Origin: Vitrella brassicaformis CCMP3155
Taxonomy: Eukaryota > Protista > Chromerida
Assembly: GCA_001179505.1 (NCBI GenBank)
Contig: CDMY01000429.1
Location: forward strand, 1-64,000
Reading direction: 5' to 3'
DNA: 64,000 nucleotides
Under the pieces are notes generated by a model that was given only the letters and a program-made list of their open reading frames with translations, did not search any database and was not told the origin of the DNA. The position numbers were made by a program, and so were the translations under genes. Every line of letters begins with the position of its first letter. Positions within the stretch are counted from its first letter, which is position 1. This document shows, one piece after another, positions 1-11,374 of this stretch.

Positions 1-302
1 CGCACAGAAAACAGACACAAGGCAGATCGACACGGAAGGTCTAGCCAAAGGCCACGATCAGGCACGCAGTCATGTGCTGCGATCAGACAGGCACACAGAC
101 GGGCAGGCAGGCAGACAGGCAGACAGGCAGACAAGAGAAGGCAAAGCAAAGGCACAGCAGCAACGTCGCGACGTCATGAAGCAATTAATCAATGCAGGCA
201 AAATTCAAACCACGGACACAGAAGGCAGTCATCACGAACATGAACGGAAGCAGACCGACTGCTTGGGTTGCCCTTTTTCCACAGAATAAGATGGACCGTC
301 AA

Positions 303-1932
303 TTAGTATGTCGTTCCAGTGCCACAGTCGGCGCTCTGGAAATTGGCGAGCGACTCACTCTTGTCGCAGCAGCAACCGAGCTCTGTGGTTGTAGGGGTGA
401 AGTTTGCCATGTCACAGCAACAGTGAACATAATCTCCGATACTCATGAGGTTCGAATAGTCGTACTGCACACAACACATTAAGCTGTGCTTCCATCGTGC
501 CCTGTGTCTGCCGGTGCTTACCCCCATGTAATTGCAGACATCGCTGAACGTTTCGCACCCGATCTCGCCGTTATTCATTACGGCGCAGATCTCCGCTGTC
601 GCATCTGAGGCCGAGGCAAACATGTGCATACAGAAATACACACATCCATTGATGTGCACTGTGTGGATTATTGAGGACCGGTACCCTGCATTGTGGGTGA
701 GGAGTGGGTGGTCGGGGACAGGGAAACAGCCAGACATCACATCACATGACATGCAGGCAATTCAACCAACAGAACAACCTCTATCTGTTCTGCTCTGACT
801 GACTCACATTGACCTTCCGTATCGCGTGCGTCACGTCGCCGGCCAGTCTCTGCAGGGCGGCCCGCTCGTCGGTGTCTTCGCTCGTGGCGTCTTCGCCTGC
901 AGAGGAGGTCCTCCGGGTGGTGCTACTGCAGGAAATGAATCATCCATCCATCCATCACGCGCGTAAGACACACATGCTTTCATCGTGCTGGCTAACTGCG
1001 TGTCTTCCGTCATCCCCTAGGTTGGTTGGTTGCTTACTAAGTGCCGCACAGGGCGCTTTGGAAGTTGCCGAGCGAAAGACTCTCGTCGCAGCAGCACCCG
1101 ATTTCGCCGCCAGAGTTGACGCCCGCGGGATCACAGCAACAGGATTGTCCCGCTGCGTTCCCGATGAGGTTGTCGTGGTCGTACGCTGTATGGGTGGGTG
1201 TGGTGGGTGGTGGGCAGCAGAGGCATCAAATCATGAGAGAATAGTGTATTGGTTGGTGTCTGTTGGTGTACCCATGTAATCACAGACGTCCGAGAACGTG
1301 TCGCACCCGATCTCGCCGTTGGCCATTTGCTCGCAGATCTCCGCTGTCGCATCTGAAGCCGAGACAAACATGTGCATCCATACACACATCCATACGCGTG
1401 GGCCACTGTGTGTATTGATGATCGATACCCTGCATTGGGTGGAAAGGCGGGAGAGGAAGGCAGCCCCACAGAACATCACGTCACATCATGTCACATCCAG
1501 GCAATTTAATCAACACACTAGCCTTTGTCTGGTCTGGTCTGCTGTCACTCAGTCACCTCGGCCTTCCGTTTTGCGTGCGTCACGTCGCCGGCCTCTCTGT
1601 CGGGGAGGGGAGCTACGACAATGGGATTTTCTTGACTGATCTCAGAGCTACCGCCAGCCACAGGTCGCGATCCGTCACCTGCACAACGCAAACAGCAAGC
1701 ACACACGTAGACAGTGAGTCGTCTGTCCGTGTTCATGTGTACCATCTGTCGCTCGCATGAGGGTGCCACGGCCTTCATCTGCCCGAGCGAGCAAATTCTG
1801 GAGGTCAGCCAACAGTTCCTGGAGCATCTGCGGGTCGCCGGCATTGAGGCCATCGCCACCGCACACTGGGCTGAGGCCGCCAAAGAGAAGCAGGCAGGAA
1901 ATGAAGGGCAGACAGAGCGCAACGCGAGCCAT
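303..1932 (-). CDS. Secreted protein with two tandem 10-Cys domains (CCC...CCC motif), multi-exon
   Basis: ATG at 1932 gives a hydrophobic leader MARVALCLPFISCLLLFGGLSPVCGG. Two homologous exon sets (about 1352-1038 and about 610-303) encode EIC..GEIGC.TFSDVC.YM..YD..CCC..GCCC..NFQSA.CGT. The apparent TAG at 1039-1037 is split by a GTAAGC donor that joins the two halves in frame. The exon2/exon3 junctions need GC donors and are less certain. Confidence 0.65.
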
Positions 1933-2147
1933 TCTCAATGCAGGGATAATGCGGGGGAGCGGCTGAGTGAGCTGAGAGAGTAGAAGGTGACAAGAGCGGA
2001 TTGTGCACGTGCCAGGGTTTGTGTCCGTTCGGTTTCGTGAACAGCCTGTCCCCTCCGCAACGGAACGCAGCAGCACAGCAACGTTAAGATTCTGCGCGAC
2101 CGACTGGTTACGTTTACATGTACGGGACCGTTATTTCAGATATCCAT

Positions 2148-3816
2148 ATGTCCTTGCTGTCGTGCTTGTTGGTGCTGTGCTGGGCCCTTGCCGTCTGCCA
2201 GCCCCTCCCTCGCACTTGGCGACCGATCGAGGGAGGGATAGACCAAGCCATGAGGTGGATCTCAGACGCATTAAGGCTGCAAGAGGGCAACAGGACCGAC
2301 AGACCAGGTGAGCCAGTGCAGCGGGAGAGGACGATGGACAACAGCGCATATTGTGCGGTCTGTTGCCTTCAGGCTCACCACCACCGACAAGTGACAACGA
2401 CCAGGCCCCCTGTCCAGGTGATTTGTGAGCAGGCAGCAAAAGCAAGGGCATCGTCGCAACGGACTTTGCTTTTCTTTCTTTCAGAGCCGCTTCTCCTTGA
2501 AGCAACCGAGCAATTGAAAACGGGAGACAACTGGCAATCTTCACTCAGGGTATGGGATGACGACATCAGTCCATTCGTTATTGTGGCACTTGACGCTGGG
2601 GAGAAAGGGACTGTCCAGCTCTACGTCCGAGATCAAACTGGCCCCGACTGGCCCCCTGGAGGTTTTTTATTCGAGTAAGTGGGGTGCATGATGGAAATGG
2701 TAAATAGCACGCTTCCTGGCAGTGATGCTTTCCCGGCTGTAGGAACATACTTCCTGCCGATGCTCCCTCTGATCACACGGCTGGGACGTACGAGTCAGTC
2801 GTTGTGGTCCTGACGGCAAATATCAAGGACGCCATTGACTTCCAGGTATCCTTAGATGAATCAATTGGAACAAGGGCCATTTAGCGCACACAATAACTCG
2901 CTAAGTGTTCTGTGGACTTTGCATTCTGTAGGTCGAGTGCGTGGATGGGCCTTGTGAATTTAAGCTGATTGCTTTTGAGCACACTGGCAATTGCGTACCA
3001 AGAGCAGTCGATGGAGAGGTACTTGGCGTGAACAAGACTATCGATCTGGAGACACTCCCGCTTTTCCCTCCTCCTCCAGCGCCCCCAGGAGGTCGTCTGC
3101 CAAGACCATGTCCAGGCAAGCGCAAGAAATGAAGAGCTGCGCACTATGATGTACGCCTACGTACCTGAGTGCTCATCAGGTCACCCTTCTGGTCCATTGA
3201 ATGGCTCGTTGGGAGAGGGCGGCTTCAACAGGCTCGACAATATTGCTGGTCTTTTCCCTGCTTCTGGTCCTTTTCCTGCCCGCTATTTCATCGTTGCTCT
3301 GGATTCACTCATTACGGGCAACAGTGACTTGGAGGTGTTCGAGATCGATTCTGACGGATCAACAGGGTAAGGAAGCGGAACTCCTCATGAAATGGACTGA
3401 ATGGTGCGTTCATGCAGGCTCATCACAGCGACCGAGGTCGTGAGTGATGATACGATAGACAGATATGAAGATGTAGTTGTTGTTGATGCAAGTGCTTTTA
3501 ATCGCACTTTTTCTGCTGCAGTAACTAAGCCATGGCTTCAGTGCTCGCATTCAATGCTGTGCGTGGTCTTTTTGTTCAGGTGAAATGTATCACGGGTCCA
3601 TGTGAATGGGTGCGCATCCAATGCCAACAAGCTGAACACATTCTTCTTACTCTCCGTTGTTTGTTTGACTTGCTTTTGCAGCAACTCATCACTTTCTATC
3701 ATACTGGCAATTGCACGCCAACGCTGCCTCACGGCGTGATAGTGCCTGGAGTCAATACACAGATTGCCTTTGACCAACCTTTTCTCTCCCCTATATATAT
3801 TTTTCCGCCTTCCTGA
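2148..3816 (+). CDS. Secreted protein with two homologous modules of unknown family, multi-exon
   Basis: Leader MSLLSCLLVLCWALAVCQ. The GT/GC-AG exon chain is phase-consistent through to the TGA ending at 3816. Repeated motifs: FVIVALD/YFIVALD, YESVVVV/YEDVVVV, GPCEF..HTGNCVP/GPCEW..HTGNCTP. Confidence 0.65.
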
Positions 3817-4335
3817 CAGAGAAGTCATTTGCCATTGTCGCAGCTCTTTTTCCCCCACTCATTTGCGTGCATGACATTCTTGGCATAGTAAGTGGTCACA
3901 TAATGCTGATTCGCTGTATTTCTGACGCTAGACAGAAGCGACGTTTCATGTAATGAATCCTTACGACTGATACAGTACGTATCAGCATGCAAGACTCACC
4001 AGTGTTCGTGCTTGCTGTAAAATCATTCCTGAAAAATACTGACACGGACTCGTACAAAGGCACACAGGTGCATCAATGGCACCTTTCATGTGAACTCAGT
4101 CAACTCAAAAAGGAAAGCCGTCACTTCATTCTCAAAATTGTAAGCGACATCTTATGCCAGAAGCCTACAAGACACGCCACACTTCACTACCCAAGCAAGA
4201 CTCATCAGTCTTGATGCAAGCAACATTACACACACAACAACTGACACACACAAACGGGGCTGATCTGCTGACACACCAACTTTTCTTCACTCAAGTCCCT
4301 CCATCCAAGAGAGACACCATCCCGCTGTTTTTTTA

Positions 4336-7300
4336 TCAAGTCAGTGAATCAGCGTACGAAGAAGGCAAAAAGGAATCTCGCCGTCGCCTCCTTCCACTTA
4401 ATTGCCAGCTGCCTCCTTTGAGCTTTCGTCGGTCCCTTAATCTGCTGAGTCGCCTTACGTGTCGCATCGCTGCCGCATTGCCGGCTGCATCGGCAGAAGG
4501 GGAAAGTACAGACGAGCCGCCCTTGGACGTGTCGTTGATGGCGAGGCTTGATGGCCGTGGCGCCCTCTCCGGCAGCACTGATATGCATTCACGCACGCAG
4601 AAGAGACCAATCGCATTTTCATCTAATGTCTCCTCATGTGTCCCCCCCTTACTGCAATCAATGGCCACAGGGCAGAGGGCCTCCACTTTCGCCTTCTCTC
4701 CATCTGATCTCGCGAATTCCGCACTCAATGGCACAGTGCGAATCAGGTAGTGCTGAGTCGGCTGATAGAGATGGAAGTCATAAACGATCCCTATGATGCC
4801 CGTGTTCGACAGCTTGACAATCTCTCCTGCTTCGCTAGTGTTGCACGACAAAGTGAACATGGGAGGGGCGGTGAGGCTGCCGATGTTCACAGGGCCAGCG
4901 CCTGATGACACCACGGTCGCAATGGAATGGACAAGGTCGTCATCAACAGCCAGGGGGTCCCCATCTGCCATGAGCTGCAGCCGCTTGGAGCGTTGGCATT
5001 GGATCATCACTAAAGCATCCACACGCACACACATACACACAAGCAGGCAGGGTGACAACGAGACATGATATTCCTGGCATGCTCACCTTCATTGGTCTTG
5101 TTGCAGAAGCTAGCCAGACGTCCCAACAGTACAGCTGCATCCTGGATGAAGTTGCTGTTTACAGTCCTTGTACCAATTTGAGACAGCAACCTCAGTCCCA
5201 ACTGATCATCACTCAATTGTGGAGCGCCAGCATCACGTCCGGGAGAGAATCGATATGCCTGAAGACAGGCCAACACACGAAAGAGAAAGAGCACGAGTAT
5301 CGAGGGCACGCCATTTTGCAATCGGAACAACGGAACGCATCATTTACCCCATCAAAAGCCCTATCAGCAAGGTAAACGTCAAATAAAGCGAAATAAGCGT
5401 CTTCATCCGAACCTTCCGGAGCGGATACAATGTCCTTTGTCGATATCGTCGTTGAGAGATTTGCGTTGAAACATCTCTCGACCGTGGCATTTCCATGTTC
5501 AGCAAGACTCAGTAAAGTATACTCGATATCCATCAGTCTCACGCTCGAAGTGAGCAACGCCTCAGGAATGCCCAGCTGGAGACCTTCTGCGTTGTCCAAG
5601 CCGAAGAGCTTCGTGTTGACTTCATCCCCAAAACCGCCCCCTTGGAAGCTGTTCTGAAAGCCGACCGCCACTAGAAGAGTGCCTGTATCATTAAACGGAT
5701 ACCAGCAAGCCACTCAGATCCGCCTAGAGACTACTGCTTAGTTACCTTCGACGAAGACAATACTGCCTGCAGACGCACCAGAGAAAAGGACAGAGCGAAA
5801 CGAGCTAGTGAAGTTTCTTTTCTGCTCATGTACCTGCGCATTCAGACGGCTCGGTTTGGTACACAGCTCCTTTAATGACAACATTTGCCAACGTTGACGG
5901 CTTAAAGAAGCCCTTTGTAAGCGATCCATTGAGTGCTGCTGGCTCATACTCAACCTTCAGTTGCACGCCAGTGCCCCTCGCCTGGTCGGGCTCACAGCTG
6001 TAGATCCTCTCATCGACGACAACCGTGCAGGTGGAGTCGTTATAGCCCTTTTTAATGCATCCCTCGCTTTCACGATACTCGAACATAGAGAGACATCCAA
6101 AAGAGTCTCGACGTGGGGCTGGCCGTTTGCCCCCTATGATAGTGTACAACGATTCCACGCTTATGAAATCGGCATCGAGGAGCTGGTAAGTCCCTGGCTG
6201 CACTGCCGTTGAGATGGCGACGGGCAGCCGTGGCTCGGGACACGCTGCGAAGCACTCAAAGCCAATCTTGCATGCCGTGTTGAGGATGACATCGTCGCTG
6301 GTCCGGTTGCCGTCGTCTTGCCTCTCGTAGACCAACACCGTCGCGTCGACTTGTCTCTGCTCAGTCTGATTAGCCCCCATGCAGTTGTGCTGTGAGAGAT
6401 TGGCAACAACGCCTTCATCTCTGAGTGACGTAGTGGACCCGTCTGTCTCTTCGATCAGCACATCGACAAAGACGGTGTCTCCGAGGGTACCGAACTCAGG
6501 ATCGACTCCAACAGCAGCGATCGATCCAGCCTCGAGGCCGCCAGGGAATACATAAGGCTTGCTGAAGCCAGCTGGGAGAGTCTGGAGCACAAGGCCTCGG
6601 CAATCGACATAAACTAACCATCAAGCAAAGACAATGTGACCACAGATGCATGGAACTAGAAAACGTGCTTTCCTTCTCTCACCGCCTGCCTCTTGGTCCA
6701 ACAAGTAGGTCAGTCGCCCCTTGAGGATGAGATCGAGAGAGCTGCCCGTCTCCAAGTTTTCCAATTTGAATGTCAGCGGCAGAACCGTCACATTCTCGGC
6801 ACACAAGATCTGGACAAAGCTGAGAGTGGGACCGGTTGTTTGTAACTTATCGAGTCGGTCTTTCCACAAGAAGATCTTCGACCGTGTATCATTGACGCCG
6901 AACTCGTCAGCGATCTCTCTGGGCTCAAATACCCTGATCACCGAGAAGCGTGCCACCGTCCGCGCGTTGAAGAGTGGAAAAGCGGGGCTTTGGCCTGTCT
7001 TGAACAGCGGAAACCACAGTGATGGCGCCTCAATGCCGACCAAAGCACGAGAAGGGTCCGCACCAATCGCCACTTGCTCAGCCACGAGCCGCTCCTGCTC
7101 TGCGGGAATTCGATCCTCAGCAGCCGCCACGCGACAGGCCCTGTTGAAATCTTCGGCAGACTTGCCAGAGCCCTCCTCAACTTCAAACACTTTCTGCATA
7201 CAACAGACAAAATCGGAAAGCGGACCAGAATCGTGCTGTCTCTCGCTTCTACGTGTTTACCTTTGAGACTACATTATCATTCTGATCGTAGCTAAATCCG

Positions 7301-9026
7301 GATGCAGTGGCCGCGATGACACCGCCTGCCGCCACGTCGCCCGATGTGATGGTGAAGATACGCTGGTTGAGCAAAGAGGGGCAGCCGGAAGGCACCGCGG
7401 TGGGGAAGGTGAGGAGCCCCAAGGGAGAGCTGGCGGCTGGACTGACCAGAGCAATACCCCGTGTGGTGATGAGCTCTGTCTCTTCTCCTTCGCCAAAGAG
7501 AGTGATGCGCTGCTCTCCTGTGTAGTTGGCAAAGCGAGCTCGAGCGGATATCGCCTCATCGACCAACCCAGTGCTGCACACAGAACAGAGACGCAGGCCA
7601 GAGAGCCACACAGTGAGTGTCACGCGTGCCTCTGGACGGATGGCATTCACCCTGTAAGCTCGATCTGCGCATCGAGGCCGATACACTCGGCTTCGCTGGC
7701 GTCGACCACCTTCAACACACCCTGAATGACAAGCTGATCGACGCACAGAAACCAGGCGAGCCATGATGCATTGTCACCCATCTCTTTCCTCCATCGATGC
7801 CTCCCACTTACTAGTGCCGGTGAGAACTCGTTGCCCTCTCGCACCGAGCAGAGACCGACGTGGGGACAATCAAATGACAGGATGGCAGACACTCCCTCTG
7901 TGGTGCTGCACGATAGGTCGATGAAGAAGTCCTCATGGGAGCCCCCCGCCCTTCCCTGAATGCGCATACAGCTGTCCGTGTCGCCCACATTTTCAATCTC
8001 TGTCGCCCAGGCCTCCGACTTGATGTCTTTGACCAGATAAGTGCCCGGCACGAGCTGTGAGAAGCTCTTCGGGTCGTTGTTGTGGTCGCCAATGGCCAGC
8101 GACGCGGGATCGACGCCACTCGTCTCGGCGATCTCGACGACCTCCAGAGCATTGTAGCAGTCGAGGTTGGGGGCGAAGGGATTGACTGAGTTGGTGCATG
8201 GGTCAAGAGAAGGCGGGGAGCACAGAGACGATGGCTGGCCTTGCAAGACGCCGCGGACCAACGATGGCGTGCCCTCGGGCTCACGACTGAGCGCACCGTA
8301 CAGACCTGCTTGAACAATAGCAGACAGACGATTGTGTATCATGGGCACAGCACTGGGCTCTTCGTGCCTGTTTCTTCGGCCAAGCAGAAGCAAAAGCGTC
8401 GGTCGCTGGAGCGTGCACAGATTGGCTTGTCGGGCGGGCACTGCGAAAGCGCCGCCGAGCCACTATGGCCATCCACAGCACCGCATAGAATACTCTGTCC
8501 ATTCGAAGAGGCGCTCACGGGAGCACCGAGGGTTCTGTTCTGTGCAACTTGCAGCCGTCTCGTGAGGTCGGCCTCTGCAAAGGAAAGGGACGGACACACA
8601 GAAGGCGACAGATGTTGGTGAATGGCTGAATGAAACGTTGCGTGATTCCCCCACCAGCCACACACTGCCCGAAAGCCCTCTCTTGGCCCTGGCCGTCTGT
8701 GAAGTATAGAAAGGGGTTCGGTTCACACGTGGACAGCCGCAGGCCAGCCGGCGGGACCTCTGCAATGACACGATGCAACAGCAGTATCAGTTTTCTACTC
8801 TGGGCTAGGGTAAGTGAGTCAGATCGCGAAACGTACCGGGAAGGCAGTCAGCCGCTGCTGTGGTGACGCCGTCTGCTGATCGGTTGTTGTTGAACACGCA
8901 GGCCGCCGTGAACTGCGCGTCGACGGCTAAGCGAACAGGCGGCCATGCGAGCAGAAATGCGAAGAGGGATCTGGTGAGTCGTGAGGAATGTCGGCTGGGA
9001 TGGACTCGGCATGACAGAGGATGCAT
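4336..9026 (-). CDS. Large predicted secreted protein, hypothetical, multi-exon (may be more than one gene)
   Basis: Chain of long same-strand ORFs (8805-9026, 8515-8778, 8339-8665, 7647-8441, 7249-7764, 6621-7199, 5826-6590, 5213-5713, 4336-5058) with protein-like, beta/Cys-rich composition. The 5' exon carries a hydrophobic segment (SLFAFLLAWPPVRLAVDA). No family recognised. Confidence 0.5.
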
Positions 9027-9107
9027 AGATACTCGCGACGGACTACAAATGACTGTAAGTTCTTCCCCAAAATAACTAGGCTTGCTCTCAGGGCGTGGCT
9101 TGCAGTG

Positions 9108-9638
9108 TCGTTAACGCCTCCCTTCTCTCATTGTGTGTGGACAGTGGCACGACTGCAGATTTGGACTTCTTTCGGCTTCTCCAGTCGTCCGATGAGCATA
9201 GGAGGCTTACAGTGTACGTGTGTCTGAGTGTCTGTCTGCATGTCTGTTTGCTTGTCAGGTGTGTTGGCAGAGGAGTTGAGGAGTGTGTTGCTCGAGGTGG
9301 TGTTCGAGAGCAGTGTGGACAGGGGGGACGACAAGGCGCTGTACGTCAACCTGCCGGCCATGCTCTACAAGACCATGCACGCCACGCAGCACGTGGCACG
9401 CAAGATGGAGGCGCACGACAGCCGGGCGGACGACGCACAGGCAGCCATAAGCGAGATCAGGCAGGAGCTAGCCGAGCTGACAAGGGATGTCAGAGAGATG
9501 AAGGCGCTGGTGAGTGCCGCTGTGGCCGATCGATATGAGCAGAGGGAGGGGCGGGCGGGAGGCGGCCAGGGGGATGTTGGGCCGCCTCTAGTCGATGCGC
9601 TTCAAGACTTGATTCCCCGCATGGGGAGGGACGACTAA
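9108..9638 (+). pseudogene. Internally deleted copy of the S74/ICA-domain gene at 11375-12578
   Basis: 9189-9828 is nearly identical to 12129-12768 (end of intron 3, last exon, 3' flank). 9108-9185 resembles the start region of the intact gene but has ACG in place of ATG (9149-9151). Most of exon 1 and exons 2-3, including the SDGRYK catalytic motif, are missing. Confidence 0.7.
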
Positions 9639-9828
9639 TTAGAACGAAATGTGACGTGATCTCATGCCTTTGTTGATAGAGACCGGTAGGTGCCTTCTAT
9701 TTGTTTGTGTGCGTGTGGCTGACCAGAGTGTTGAATCGACTGCTGTCTATGTTCTTCTTCTCGGTGAATCGCTCGTGTCACGTGGGCACACACACGGCGC
9801 ACACGGGCGGTCATCGATTCACAGACAG

Positions 9829-10128
9829 NNNNNNNNNNNNNNNNNNNNNNNNNNNNNNNNNNNNNNNNNNNNNNNNNNNNNNNNNNNNNNNNNNNNNNNN
9901 NNNNNNNNNNNNNNNNNNNNNNNNNNNNNNNNNNNNNNNNNNNNNNNNNNNNNNNNNNNNNNNNNNNNNNNNNNNNNNNNNNNNNNNNNNNNNNNNNNNN
10001 NNNNNNNNNNNNNNNNNNNNNNNNNNNNNNNNNNNNNNNNNNNNNNNNNNNNNNNNNNNNNNNNNNNNNNNNNNNNNNNNNNNNNNNNNNNNNNNNNNNN
10101 NNNNNNNNNNNNNNNNNNNNNNNNNNNN
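9829..10128. other. Assembly gap (300 N)
   Basis: N run followed by poly-G. Confidence 0.99.
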
Positions 10129-11374
10129 GGGGGGGGGGGGGGGGGGGGGGGGTGCGGGTGGACGGATCGACGAAATTAGTTGGCAGCGGTGAATGTGATT
10201 TGACTGCCGAGGCACGCAACGATCAGCGGGAAATGGCCATGGGCTCCATCTTCTGGGGAGAGGGGAGGGAGCGAGGGCCAGCCTTGCTTTGCCTTGGTTC
10301 TTCTTTTCCGGTGGATTGATGTGTTGTGTACGCGTGGAGACACACGGGCAGTCATCAACCGATCAAGGCTTTGGGGAAAAGAATGGCTGTTCTTTGTTTC
10401 ATTTTTCAGCCTTGACGCCGTACTGCCTTTGTTTCGTACGTACACATGATACGGATAACGGTACATGCGAGTGTCTCATCATGATGGCGACGCTCCTCTC
10501 GAGCTCATACAATGGGTGTTGAGGTGTCTAGACCACAAACAACAGTGAGGCTGGAGGTGGCAGTGGGACTGCTGATGTCTTCGCTTCAGCTTTGGGCTCA
10601 CTGTCATGAATGCACTTCATGTGTGTGTCACTTCCCGTCGTCATTCATATTGCGGATCTGTCGGTCAGACGTGACAGCGAGAGACGTTGCATATGTGTGT
10701 GAGCGTGACATGACCAGACTCAAATACTTGTACACCGAGAGCAGCTGACATAGAGGCGCGGGGCTTCGTACTGTGCCGATCGGTCAATACTGACGTAAAC
10801 CATGGCTAATGTCTTGACGGAAAAATGTGACGACGTTGCATTCGTCAGTACATGCACAGGCGTCTGTGGGAGACTGGTGACATGGACAGTTGCTAGTCGG
10901 TGGCCGGCGACGTCAGTCAGTCAGACTGAGTGCACATTGTTCGTGAGCGCACACTGTGCGGGGTGCTAATCACACACTCACCAACGCCGTCACGCGGCCT
11001 ATTTGGTCACTGAAGCACATAAACGTGAACGACACATCCATCAAGTAAGCCAGTTTCAACACATAAATGAATGGACACTCGTGCCTCTCTGCTAAGCCGG
11101 TGTGTGGGTGTGCCTGCCAGGTGCTGCTGCACACGCTCATCCAGCCACGCTGTATGAGTATGTTGGTTGTTTCCCCGCCGGCCTGCAATGAGAAAAACCT
11201 CCTCGCAGCGATCGGCCAATGCGAGCTTAGACAAGGGCTGTCAACGTCAAGGGCTGTAGTTGAAGGGCTGCGAGAATGCGAAGAGGGATGGAGTGACGCA
11301 GGTTGGGTGAAAGAGCCTCACCGTGTCATGTTACATCAACGTTAACGGCTGCCCTCTTCTACACTGTGAGCGAC

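Noticed and set aside
8500-8560. RRLQ after the leader of the large secreted protein as a TEXEL/PEXEL export motif
   Set aside because: RRL is common in secreted proteins of many algae and lies far from the signal peptide here; no supporting context.
10129-10152. Poly-G tracts beside gaps (also 33447-33460, 33761-33774) as G-quadruplex or regulatory elements
   Set aside because: They abut N gaps and are probably where sequencing or assembly failed, so their true length is unknown.
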